Below are positions 30,901 to 40,387 of a DNA stretch of 56,706 bases, piece after piece; positions within the stretch are counted from its first letter, which is position 1; the number at the start of each line of letters is the position of its first letter. Under the pieces are notes generated by a model that worked only from the letters and a program-made list of their open reading frames with translations, ran no database searches and was not told the DNA's origin. The stretch comes from Phenylobacterium zucineum (GTDB taxonomy: Bacteria; Pseudomonadota; Alphaproteobacteria; Caulobacterales; Caulobacteraceae): assembly GCA_002221445.1 (NCBI GenBank), contig NMUI01000056.1, forward strand, positions 1-56,706. Reading direction: 5' to 3'. Position numbers and translations under genes: made by a program.

Positions 30901-32094
30901 CATGCCCAACTCAATCAAACCTTGTGGGGTAAAGGCGATGTTACCGAACATCCCAGATGCAAGGTCCGCTGGTGCCCGGTCCTCAAACGTGATGACTTTG
31001 GTCTTCAGGAGCCATTTGATAAAATTACGGGCGCGCTGCGCTTCCCTCACGGTGAACAACATCACCGCGCCCTGGCGGACCGGTTGCCCAGTTGAGCCAT
31101 GGGCCTTGAGAATGCCGGCCTGGACTTCACGAGCTTCGAATTTCGGATCGGGTTCCGGCGGCGGATCGCCGTGCTGCACCACATCAGCAATGCCGGACTC
31201 ATACCAATTTAGCGGAACTTTATATATGTTAAGCACGGCCTTCGCCCATCCACAGGGGCCATTTGGATCCTGCTGTTTGAGCCAGGCGAGAATGGGGTCC
31301 CAACCTGATAAGATGCTGCGCGTCACCTTCAGAAGGCGATGCCCTTCGCCCTTAAGCTTCGGATCACCCACATGGCCCGTCATCCATTCAGGTGGAAAAT
31401 AATCGGTAAGTTTATACAGGACATTGAGGGCCTCGAGACCGAGTTCTACGGTCTTTAGGAAATGCGTCTTACGGGTCGCCGCCGCGTCATCGTCCGGATA
31501 GGACATGGTCAGTTGTGACAGCCGGATGTCGGTGTCCCCGTGGCGCTGAACCCGCTCAAACTGCGCAAGGTATTTCTGATCGCGGACCGTCACACCGGTG
31601 GTGTTATAGAAGATGGCGCTATCCATCTGGTGGTCGCGCACCCATTGAATATACTCGTCGAAGCTGTGCTCCGATGCGGTGACATAGCCATCGCAATTAC
31701 AAAAAAGCAGATCCAGGAACAGCCCGAGAGGCCGCCAAATCTGACGCATATACGGCTCAAACCCACCGTCGAACGTCGCTGTCAGATAAAGATACCGCTT
31801 GGGAGTCAGGGTCAGTTTATGCCCATCACCCTGCACCATACCGAACAAGTTCTTGTCGATCACACCGACCCGGAAATCCAGCAGACTCAGTATGCGCTCT
31901 GTAACATCGCTATAAGGCACAATGCGTTCATACTCACGAGCTGCGACCCGGATGCGATTAAGCGCCGTGGCAACAAGCTCAAGCCTCGAGGCGTAGGTGA
32001 TCGTCTCGAAGGCATTAATGAAGCCGTCCTTGATCGGTGCAACGACAACCAGATCGGATATGCCGTCGATATGCTTTGAGGTTATTTGCTTCAT
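27948..32094 (-). CDS. Putative three-domain heme enzyme: N-terminal alpha/beta domain + DyP-type peroxidase + cytochrome P450-like domain (~1,380 aa after repairing two homopolymer frameshifts)
   Basis: DyP motifs HFGFVDGISQP (GxxDG), CPHSAHIRRANPR (proximal His), LMRRG, GLMFMAY..SISEQYEVIQ. P450 motifs QAMCLRPAPDMLFR and IFGG...VHACPAQ. One A at ~29355 fuses the ORFs (LEKDLAEMKDP); one A at ~28050 gives HACPAQKMAMGGMMGILAALL...DW*. RBS GAAGGGG before ATG 32094. Confidence 0.8.
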
Positions 32095-32171
32095 GTCATC
32101 CCCTTCTCGGTTCGGCCGCCTGAATTTCTACGGGCGCGACAAAAGCTTGGCACGATCTTGCCGCCTCGGAG

Positions 32172-32187
32172 TGTGGCGAAAGTCACA
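32172..32187 (-). promoter_or_regulatory. CRP-like box (one mismatch) upstream of the DyP-P450 gene
   Basis: Plus strand TGTGG-CGAAAG-TCACA (minus strand TGTGA-N6-CCACA), 78-93 nt upstream of ATG 32094. Confidence 0.65.
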
Positions 32188-32387
32188 CTTGCGCCGACCC
32201 GGGGGCAGATTGTTTGCCGGCAACCGCCTCCAGATCGGGTTCCTCGCCGGTTAGGCCGCACCTCTTTGCGCCTCAACAGCCCAAGCAGACTTGCCCTTTC
32301 GGTCCCGCTCATGAAACAAGGCGGGATTATCGCATCTCACGCGCGACGGGGCAAAGCCCGGCGCAAAACACAGGAAGGAATGCCCGC

Positions 32388-32765
32388 ATGTTCTCCCACA
32401 TCATGGTTGGAACCAACAATCTGGAGAAGGCTAAGACCTTTTATGATGCCGTCCTCGGCACGCTGGGCATTGGCCCCTCGGTGATCGACGGCCATCGCAT
32501 GTTTTATATGACCCCTACCGGGGTGTTCTCGGTCTCACAGCCGATCAATGGTGAGCCCGCGACCTTTGCCAATGGCGGCACGATCGGCTTTGCCTGTGCT
32601 AACGCCGAACAGGCAGACGCCTGGCACGCGGCCGGCGTCGCCAATGGCGGAACCACCTGCGAAGACCCCCCCGGTGTTCGGGCTGGTGGCATGGGCAATA
32701 TGTATCTGGCCTATCTGCGCGACCCCGACGGCAATAAGCTCTGCGCCCTACACCGTATGGGTTAA
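32388..32765 (+). CDS. VOC/glyoxalase family protein
   Basis: MFSHIMVGTNNLEKAKTFYDAVL, ANGGT..EDPPG, YLAYLRDPDGNKLCA. Confidence 0.9.
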   Translation: MFSHIMVGTNNLEKAKTFYDAVLGTLGIGPSVIDGHRMFYMTPTGVFSVSQPINGEPATFANGGTIGFACANAEQADAWHAAGVANGGTTCEDPPGVRAGGMGNMYLAYLRDPDGNKLCALHRMG

Positions 32766-32775
32766 GCTGAACAAC

Positions 32776-32803
32776 GCCCGTGGGCAGTTTAGCGCCCACG
32801 GGC
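32776..32803. terminator. GC-rich hairpin between convergent genes
   Basis: GCCCGTGGGC-N8-GCCCACGGGC perfect 10-bp stem between the VOC and nitroreductase stops. Confidence 0.6.
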
Positions 32804-32806
32804 CCT

Positions 32807-33399
32807 TTAGGCGAGACGCCCGGCATCCTCAAAACTGAGGCGAGGATTGCGGGGGAACATATTTTCATCGGAGCCATAGCCCAGGCTGCAGATGAAATTC
32901 GACTTGACGGATGTACCGGCGAAGAAGGCCTCATCCACCCCGGCATTGTTGAACCCCGACATTGGCCCCGCGTCCAAACCCAGGGCGCGGGCAGCCAGGA
33001 TAAGATACGCCCCCTGCAAGGTTCCATTTCTGAAAGCCATAGGCTCGGCCATGGCCGGGGCCTTGAGCATCGGCTTCATCGCCTCACCACGCGCAGGGAA
33101 CAGTTCGGGTAGGGTCTCAGCAAAATCGAGATCGTAGCCGACGATAACCGTCAGAGGGGCCGTAAGTATCTTGGCGCGATTGCCTTCAGAGGCCAGCTCA
33201 GCCAGGATCTTCTTGCCGTCCTCGCTGCGCACCCAGACAAAGCGAGCCGGGCAGGCATTGAGGGCGGTAGGGCCATACTTGACCAGATCATAAAGCTGGC
33301 GAATCAGATCCTCGCCCACAGGTTTATCTGTCCAGCCGTTGGCGGTTCGAGCTTGATAAAGAGTTGGTCCAGAGCGGCGGCACTGAGCGGCGTAGTCAT
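32807..33399 (-). CDS. rutE: Nitroreductase, RutE/malonic semialdehyde reductase type (frameshift near 33355)
   Basis: [63 protein letters not shown]. Confidence 0.8.
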
Positions 33400-33458
33400 A
33401 ATATCTGTCCTTGCGGTATGGGGGCTGAACCGGTGGGTCCCAAATCTGCCGCCTTCTG

Positions 33459-34229
33459 TCAAATCAGGGGCAGCACAAGGGTCCTGTAGGCACGCCAACT
33501 GGCAAACCCCAGCCAAGGAAAGATGATCGCAAGGCCCAGAAAGCCGGTAAAAACCGTGAGCAACAGCAACAGGGCCAGGAGAAAAGCCCAAAGCAGCATG
33601 GGGGACAGATTGCGGGACACGGCACGGAAGCTGGTCACAGTGGCGATGAAAACGTCGGTATTCTGATCCAGCAACATGGGAGCGGACACCACCACCAGGG
33701 AGAAGGCGAAAAATGCAATCAGGCCGCCGACCAAAGTCCCCATTGCGAGCATGGTGTGCCCGGCTCGGGTATTGAAGGTAAAATCCAGCAATGAGGCGAT
33801 CGTGCTGTGGGTCTGAAAGGTCGATAGGCCGTAGACGATCTGAGCAATCTGCCCCCAGAGCAGAAAAATGATCAGTAGGGCCAGGCCCAGATAGGCCAGA
33901 TCCTGCCGCAGAGCGGACCGGACGAAGAGCATACCCCTTAGGGTCGGACGCGCGCCGGCCTCCAGTGTTCGGCCCGCCGCATAGAGCCCCATGGCCAGCA
34001 TGGGCGCGACAAACACAAAACCACAGGTCAGGGCGAAGACCCAGAAGGCGATCCGGGTGGTATAGAGCGCATAGACCAGCCAGAGACTGAAGGCGGTCAG
34101 CAGCAGCCCATAAACCAGACTTTGCCAAAAACAAGCCATTAGGTCCGACCAACCCTGGGCCAACCAGCGAAACGGCGCGTCAAACCCGATGACTGCGACA
34201 TCGGGCAGGCCGCTCGGCGTATCCGACAT
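33459..34229 (-). CDS. DUF2189 family membrane protein
   Basis: [44 protein letters not shown]; several TM segments. Confidence 0.8.
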   Translation of the reverse strand: MSDTPSGLPDVAVIGFDAPFRWLAQGWSDLMACFWQSLVYGLLLTAFSLWLVYALYTTRIAFWVFALTCGFVFVAPMLAMGLYAAGRTLEAGARPTLRGMLFVRSALRQDLAYLGLALLIIFLLWGQIAQIVYGLSTFQTHSTIASLLDFTFNTRAGHTMLAMGTLVGGLIAFFAFSLVVVSAPMLLDQNTDVFIATVTSFRAVSRNLSPMLLWAFLLALLLLLTVFTGFLGLAIIFPWLGFASWRAYRTLVLPLI

Positions 34230-34381
34230 TAATCTCTCCCTGTTTTTCTTGGCCCAAACTCATGAGCAGGATCATAACCAAGAGCCGCGCGGGGGATAAA
34301 TCAAGTCACGGCTCCCCAATCCGGTTAAATCCCACGCAAGGTTCTCACCCTAAATTGCCCACCGACAGAGGAGTCCGTCCT

Positions 34382-35092
34382 ATGGCGGTGGCTATTCTTC
34401 AGGCACGCATGAGTTCCTCCCGCCTGCCGGGCAAGGTGCTGATGCCCCTGGCGGGAAGACCAATGATCACGCGGCAGATTGAACGGCTCTCCAGGTGCCA
34501 ACGCCTGGAGCGGGTCATTGTCGCAACCAGCACAGATCCTTCGGACGACCCCCTTTACAGTCAGTTAAGCGCCGTGGGCGTGGATGTTTTCAGGGGTTCA
34601 CTGGGCAATGTCCTTGCCCGTTATTTGGCCTGTGCGCAGCACTTTGACCTTTCCGGGGCTCTTGTTCGGTTGACAGCAGACTGCCCGCTTATCGACCCGA
34701 TGGTGGTCGATCAGGCCATTGATATGCAGAAGACCACCGGCGCGGACTATGTGACCAACGGCCAACACCGAACCTATCCCCGTGGGCTAGACGTTGAGGT
34801 CTTTCCCCTGAGCATTCTTGAAGATGTGGGTGCGCGTGCCCGGGACGCCTACGACCAGGAACATGTGACGCCCTATATCTATCATCACCCGGAAATCTAT
34901 ACCCGGCGGGACCTTGTTAACCTCGCAGGTAACGATAGCCATCTGCGGTGGACGGTGGACACTCCCGAAGATTACACCTTCGTCGCCAAGGTCTATGACA
35001 TGCTCTATCCATCAAATCCGGACTTCACATCCGAAGACATCCGCGCCCTGCCCTTCTCACACTTTGAACCTGAACTTCGGAAAACCTTATGA
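34382..35092 (+). CDS. SpsF-like cytidylyltransferase (nonulosonic acid activation)
   Basis: ILQARMSSSRLPGKVL, VATS..SDD, VRLTADCPLIDP, YPRGLDVE, EHVTPYIY, RWTVDTPED. Confidence 0.85.
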   Translation: MAVAILQARMSSSRLPGKVLMPLAGRPMITRQIERLSRCQRLERVIVATSTDPSDDPLYSQLSAVGVDVFRGSLGNVLARYLACAQHFDLSGALVRLTADCPLIDPMVVDQAIDMQKTTGADYVTNGQHRTYPRGLDVEVFPLSILEDVGARARDAYDQEHVTPYIYHHPEIYTRRDLVNLAGNDSHLRWTVDTPEDYTFVAKVYDMLYPSNPDFTSEDIRALPFSHFEPELRKTL

Positions 35093-35720
35093 CCGATCAG
35101 CCCCTTGACCCGACATCGGCATGGTCAGGTGCCTTTGGCGCAGATTACACATCGCGCAACCCTGCCTCTGATCAGGCCCTGCGTGATCGCGCGTTGATGT
35201 GGGCCAGGATCGGTCGGACCTTCCAGCTTGAACCCCCTAAGTCTATCCTGGAGGTTGGTCCCAATCTCGGGATCAATCTCAGGGTTCTGCCTGGGCTTTT
35301 CGGCGCACGCTTCATGCTATCGAACCCAATCCAGCCGCCCGAGACCGCCTGCTGCAAGACAAGGTTTTGCCACCTGGGAATTTACACGCCGGATTTGGTG
35401 ACTCTATTCCGATAGCCGACGGTGCTGTGGAAATGGCCTTCACCTCGGGTGTCCTGATCCATGTTGAGCCGGGGCGTCTCGTCGCCACACTGGATGAAAT
35501 CCATCGGGTCTCATCAAAATACATCCTGGCCGCCGAGTATTTTTCACCGCGCCCGGAGGCCCTTACCTATCGAGGTCAAGACGGCCTTTTGTTCAAGAAC
35601 GATTTCGGCGGCCTCTACATGGACCGTTTTCCGGATCTGAAGCTGATGGACTATGGTTTCTTCTGGAAGCGGGTCAGCGGCATTGATGACATCACTTGGT
35701 GGTTATTCCGAAAGGGCTAA
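35089..35720 (+). CDS. Pseudaminic acid biosynthesis-associated methyltransferase (frameshift near 35305)
   Basis: WSGAFGADYTSRN, SILEVGPNLGINL, FTSGVLIHV, YRGQDGLLFKNDFGG, DDITWWLFRK. Confidence 0.82.
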
Positions 35721-36767
35721 TTCAGCAGGTCCCAATCCAGAGGTGTCCCTCGGGCAATATCTCGCTTAGCAGTTCGTCCCATGACATCCGGATGATGCTT
35801 GGGGGCCAAGCCATAGCCTGGGCGTATGGACCTGACATTGGCGGGGGTTATGGCCTCCCCCGCCTTCACATCGTGAACCACATAGAGCGAGCGCCGATGA
35901 TCGCGGTTAATGATTTCAGACGGGGTCTCATCAAAGCTCTCCGAACCGAGCGCGAGCCAGGCATCATGACATTCCCGGACCAGCCTCGCCAGTTCCTCCG
36001 GTTCGAGAGAAAAGTCAGAATCGACACCGCCATCAGCCCGGTTCAGGGTGAAGTGTTTTTCGACAAGGGCTGCGCCCAGGGCGACGGCGGCGACCGAAGC
36101 CGTAACCCCCATCGAGTGGTCTGAAAGGCCGACGACCACATCATTTTCCGCTGCCAGACGCTGGAGGGTGCGAAGGTTCATGTCCTCCATCGGGGCGGGA
36201 TAGGCACTGGTGCAATGCAGCAGGATCACCCCCCATGACCCGCCCCCTTGGCCGCGGCGACGGCTTCGGCAATCTCTGTCTTGGAGGCCAGTCCCGTCGA
36301 CATGATCAGCGGTTTGCCGGTTCGGGCGCACTGCTCAATAAGAGGAATGTCCACCAGCTCGAATGAGGCGATCTTGAAGGCCGGGGCTTGCAAATCCTCC
36401 AGGAAGGTCACGGCGGTGGGATCAAAGGGTGATGAAAAATATGGATGCCTATGGCCTGAGCATGGGCAAACAATTGTGGGTGCCAATCCCAAGGTGTGTG
36501 CGCGTCCTGATATAGCTCATAGAGCCTTCGCCCATCCCAAAGCCCCCCCTCAATACGAAACTCCGGACCGTCGTGATCAAGGGTGATGGTATCGGCCGTG
36601 TAGGTCTGCAGCTTGACGGCATCGGCCCCCGCCGCCTTCGCGGCATCGATCAGGGCCAGGGCGCGATGAATGTCGCCGTTATGATTGCCCGACATTTCGG
36701 CGACGATGTAAGGCGGACGACCCGGCCCGACGGTGCGACCGGCGATCTGAACAAGGGGCGATGTCAT
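35717..36767 (-). CDS. pseI: Pseudaminic acid synthase (two frameshifts)
   Basis: [71 protein letters not shown] domain [13 protein letters not shown]. Confidence 0.88.
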
Positions 36768-36911
36768 GCGCACTCCGAAGAATAGGGCTGTAACCGGTAG
36801 TCTGAGGCCAGCCTAGGCACCCGACCTCTACGCGCGCCAAAAGCAATGCCCCACCTGATAAGATCACTCGCCACCCTTTGAGTCTCGTTAGGATTTTGAA
36901 TTTTCGGGTGA

Positions 36912-38192
36912 TCACGGGTGGGTCATCTCGTCGAGAAGGTCTTCTTCCAGCGCCCATAGTCGATCCTGCCCCCAGTGGGCGGGTAGACCATTGACGCTGT
37001 AGCTGGGAGCACCCCACAGGCCGGCATCGAACAGGGCCTTCCGGTTGGCCTCGGCCGTTTGCCGCGAGGCTTGGTCGGCCAAGGCCTCATCCACCTGGGC
37101 GGTCGATAGACCGGACGCCCTGGCCACACGCTTGAGCCCAGCATCGGTGGTAAGATCAACGCCCTGCGCCCAGGACGCCCTTAAGGCGTTTTCAGCAAAG
37201 ACTTCACCCAAGCCCAGCGGGATCGCTTTGTAGAGCACCGCCAAGGCCCGCTCCACACCCCGCCCGACCGGATCAACCATGACTCCAAATGGCAGATCAA
37301 CCGTCTCCGATTCCCGCTTTGTGTCGAAGGTAATATAGCGGCTCTTAATCTGCGGCACGGGTAGGCCGCGCATAATCATCGGCAGAATATAGCGAAGCCT
37401 CAGCTCCACCCCATAGTGATGGGCCAACCGCCGCACCCTGGGAAATGCAATCCAAGTGTAAGGACTGCGGAAGGAGAACCAGAAGTCAATGGCCACCCGG
37501 CGTCTGGCTTGCGGTGGAGGTCCCAGAACCACATCCCGATAGGGTGCCAAGGGTAATTCTTCACGCCGGCTGTCCAGCCCCAGACCAGAGAGGCGGGACT
37601 CCAGATGATGCAGTCTATCAACGCCCCAGTACCACTCGCCCTCAAAATAGAGCATTCCGCCCAGATAGTGACCCAGCTGCCGCCGTCGAGTTGTACCAGC
37701 CTTCAGGTGAACCTCAGCCGCATCTAGCGAACCGGCGGATATTGCCTGACCCTGCCAGAGGGATTCGCCACAGGCCCTTGCCAGATCGAGAAAGCCGGGC
37801 TGCCTGATCCCCTCAGCCAGCCGCCCATTAACCGCAGCAAGAGCTTCCAGACCCGGAAGCTGGGCGTTGCTCGGAAAACTTAAGCCGTAGGCCCGAGCCA
37901 AGCGCGGGGCATCGCGCAGGCCAAGGGCCCGCAGGCGGTCCCGTTCCGGCGCAGCCGCGTCATCGGGAGGCGAAACAATCCAGGTTTTTAGATCCAGGCC
38001 ATAGCGGTCCGCAAGGCGCGGCAGCAGCTGAACGACGAGATGGCTGTAAGGATCATCGGCCTGATGGAAATACTCCACCACCGGGCGTCCGCCAAGCAGG
38101 GTCCGCGACAAGCCCGCACGAAAGCGTTTCGCATCCCTGAGGGTCCTGCTGGTGATAAACCCCGTGATGATCCGACTGATAACCGCCCGCAT
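36912..38192 (-). CDS. Tandem DsbA/2-hydroxychromene-2-carboxylate isomerase (kappa-GST) domain protein
   Basis: First domain YFHQADDPYSHL...YWGVDRLHHL; second domain FWFSFRSPYTWI...GLWGAPSY..WGQDRL. Confidence 0.8.
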   Translation of the reverse strand: MRAVISRIITGFITSRTLRDAKRFRAGLSRTLLGGRPVVEYFHQADDPYSHLVVQLLPRLADRYGLDLKTWIVSPPDDAAAPERDRLRALGLRDAPRLARAYGLSFPSNAQLPGLEALAAVNGRLAEGIRQPGFLDLARACGESLWQGQAISAGSLDAAEVHLKAGTTRRRQLGHYLGGMLYFEGEWYWGVDRLHHLESRLSGLGLDSRREELPLAPYRDVVLGPPPQARRRVAIDFWFSFRSPYTWIAFPRVRRLAHHYGVELRLRYILPMIMRGLPVPQIKSRYITFDTKRESETVDLPFGVMVDPVGRGVERALAVLYKAIPLGLGEVFAENALRASWAQGVDLTTDAGLKRVARASGLSTAQVDEALADQASRQTAEANRKALFDAGLWGAPSYSVNGLPAHWGQDRLWALEEDLLDEMTHP

Positions 38193-38225
38193 ATCCAACC
38201 TCAAGACCTCGACCCTTGCGCGCCA

Positions 38226-38254
38226 TGACACATAGTGGCACTAACAATGTCAAT
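38226..38254 (-). promoter_or_regulatory. Sigma70-type promoter with overlapping palindromic operator (copy 1)
   Basis: Minus strand ATTGACA-N6-GTGCCACTAT; near-palindrome TGACAC-ATA-GTGGCA at 38226-38240; the same motif recurs at 42528. Confidence 0.6.
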
Positions 38255-38271
38255 AAACTTGGGAGCGCCTG

Positions 38272-39951
38272 ATGAAGGTTTGGACTTGGCTAATCGGCGG
38301 CGTGGTTGCCATCGCCGCCCTGCTCGGGTTGGCGTCGATAAACAAGGCGACGATCTTTGCCATGATCGCACATTCCCGGCTTCCCAAGGTCGAGCCGAAC
38401 CATGAAGTGCCATGGGCGCAAGGACCAGCGACTCCGCCGGAGGGACCCCGGCCTCCTAATGTGGTGTTCATCCTGGCCGACGACATGGGCTATAATGACA
38501 TAACCTTTAACGGCGGTGGTGTAGCTGACGGTCAGGTGCCGACCCCGAACATCGATTCCATCGGCCATTCCGGCGTCGATTTTACCAACGGCTATACCGG
38601 CAATGCCACCTGCGCGCCGTCCCGGGCGGCGATCATGACGGGGCGCTATCCCACGCGCTTCGGATTTGAATTCACCCCGGCACCGGTGGCCTTTGAACGC
38701 ATGGTCGGTACCGAGAGAGAACCCGGTGCGATTCACACGCCCAGCTTCTTCAAAGACCGCATCAAGGATATGCCGCCCGCCACCGTGAAACCGACGCCCT
38801 CGGCGGTGAATGAACTGAGCGTGCCTGCCAACGAAATCACTATTGCCGAAGTGCTGAAATCCAAGGGCTACCATACCCTGCATTTCGGCAAGTGGCATCT
38901 CGGTGGCAAGAACGGATCCCGTCCTGAACAGCAGGGTTTTGACGAAAGTCTCGGTTTCATCGCCGGAGCCGCCATGTATCTGTCGGAGAAGGCCAAGGGG
39001 GTCGAAAACGCAAAGCAGCCCTGGGATCCGATTGATCGCTTCCTCTGGCCGAACCTGCCCTATGCGGTTCAGTATAACGGCTCGCCCATGTTCGAGCCTC
39101 GCGGTTACATGACCGACTATTTGACCGATGAGGCCGTCAAGTCGATCAAGGCCAATCGCAACCGCCCCTTCTTCATGTACTTTGCACCGAATGCGATCCA
39201 CACGCCCCTGCAGGCCAAGGCGGAAGACTATAACGCCCTGCCCCAAATCAAGGACCATAGACTGCGGGTCTATGGGGCCATGGCGCGAAATCTCGACCGC
39301 AATATCGGCCGTATTCTTCAAACCCTGAGAGACGAGGGCCTCGACAAGAATACCCTGGTGATCTTCACCTCAGACAATGGCGGGGCGGGTTATATCGGCC
39401 TGCCAAAGATCAATCAGCCCTATCGCGGCTGGAAATCGACCTTCTTTGAGGGCGGCATCCACGCCCCGTTCTTCATGAGCTGGCCCGGTGTAATTAAGGC
39501 TGAGTCCCGCTTTCCTTATCCTGTGGGTCATATCGACATCTTCGCCACAGCCGCTGGGGCGGCGGGAGCCTCTATGCCAAAAGACCGGAAGATCGACGGG
39601 GTGAACCTGCTGCCCTACCTTTTGGGCCAGATGAATGGACGCCCACACCAGACCCTGTTCTGGCGCTCAGGTCAGTATAAGGTTGTGCTGGACGGCGACT
39701 GGAAACTGCAAAGCAATGAGGCGCGCAGCAAGGTCTGGCTTTACAATTTGGCGGCAGACCCCACCGAGCGTAACGAGCTTTCGGCGGCTGAACCGGCCAG
39801 GACCAAAGCCCTGCTGGCCCTGCTGGCGGCCCAGGATGCACAGACGGTAAAGCCCATGTGGCCGTCCCTTCTTCAGGGGCCCGTTCTGATCGATAAACCC
39901 GGCGGCGTGCGGCAGACGGCCGACGACGAATATATCCTGTGGGACAACTAA
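38272..39951 (+). CDS. Cys-type formylglycine-dependent sulfatase with N-terminal membrane anchor/signal
   Basis: VFILADDMG, TCAPSRAAIMTGRY (CxPxR), GKWHLG, FTSDNG, KSTFFEGGI, LYNLAADPTE. Confidence 0.93.
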   Translation: MKVWTWLIGGVVAIAALLGLASINKATIFAMIAHSRLPKVEPNHEVPWAQGPATPPEGPRPPNVVFILADDMGYNDITFNGGGVADGQVPTPNIDSIGHSGVDFTNGYTGNATCAPSRAAIMTGRYPTRFGFEFTPAPVAFERMVGTEREPGAIHTPSFFKDRIKDMPPATVKPTPSAVNELSVPANEITIAEVLKSKGYHTLHFGKWHLGGKNGSRPEQQGFDESLGFIAGAAMYLSEKAKGVENAKQPWDPIDRFLWPNLPYAVQYNGSPMFEPRGYMTDYLTDEAVKSIKANRNRPFFMYFAPNAIHTPLQAKAEDYNALPQIKDHRLRVYGAMARNLDRNIGRILQTLRDEGLDKNTLVIFTSDNGGAGYIGLPKINQPYRGWKSTFFEGGIHAPFFMSWPGVIKAESRFPYPVGHIDIFATAAGAAGASMPKDRKIDGVNLLPYLLGQMNGRPHQTLFWRSGQYKVVLDGDWKLQSNEARSKVWLYNLAADPTERNELSAAEPARTKALLALLAAQDAQTVKPMWPSLLQGPVLIDKPGGVRQTADDEYILWDN

Positions 39952-39955
39952 TTCC

Positions 39956-40387
39956 GTGAGCCTATTTCCCCCTTCCAGCAATGCCGATTATGCAGGCGCT
40001 AAGATCAGCCCGATTTTCCTATTGCTGACCGCAGTTCTGACCCTTGTGCCCGGGCTGATCCACAGTTTTCTGCCGGATGGTGGGGCTGGGGTCATCGCCC
40101 ATCTGGACATGGGCGACAGGCGCGATCTCGTGATCCGCGTATTCCGGTGGGAGGGCTCAACACAAATAGCCCTTGGCCTGGGTTTATTGGCCATCGCCCT
40201 GCGCTATCAGCCCTTGACCCCGCTGGGCTTGACCCTGGTCATGGTAGAGCGTGGTCTGATGACCCTACAGGCCTGGGGTCTGGGGTCTCCTGACGGTCAT
40301 CATCCCCCGGAACATTTTGCCAGTCCGGTGGCGGTCATCCTATGCGCCGTTTTCCTGTGGCTTTCTCTAAAGACGTCGAAGGCTTGA
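39956..40387 (+). CDS. Small integral membrane protein in the sulfatase operon
   Basis: About four hydrophobic segments, HSFLPDGGAG and HHPP motifs; lies tightly between the sulfatase and FGE genes. Confidence 0.65.
   Translation: MSLFPPSSNADYAGAKISPIFLLLTAVLTLVPGLIHSFLPDGGAGVIAHLDMGDRRDLVIRVFRWEGSTQIALGLGLLAIALRYQPLTPLGLTLVMVERGLMTLQAWGLGSPDGHHPPEHFASPVAVILCAVFLWLSLKTSKA

Noticed and set aside
32148-32161. Sigma54 promoter TGGCACGATCTTGC
   Set aside because: GG-to-GC spacing is 9 nt rather than the required 10; valid only if a base is missing.
20468-32400. Prophage or integrative element at tRNA-Lys
   Set aside because: No integrase, phage or conjugation genes, and no repeat of the tRNA 3' end seen in the window.
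38290-39321. 343-aa antisense ORF, and similar long shadow ORFs elsewhere
   Set aside because: They lie opposite well-supported genes, as expected from high-GC codon bias, and have no recognisable motifs.
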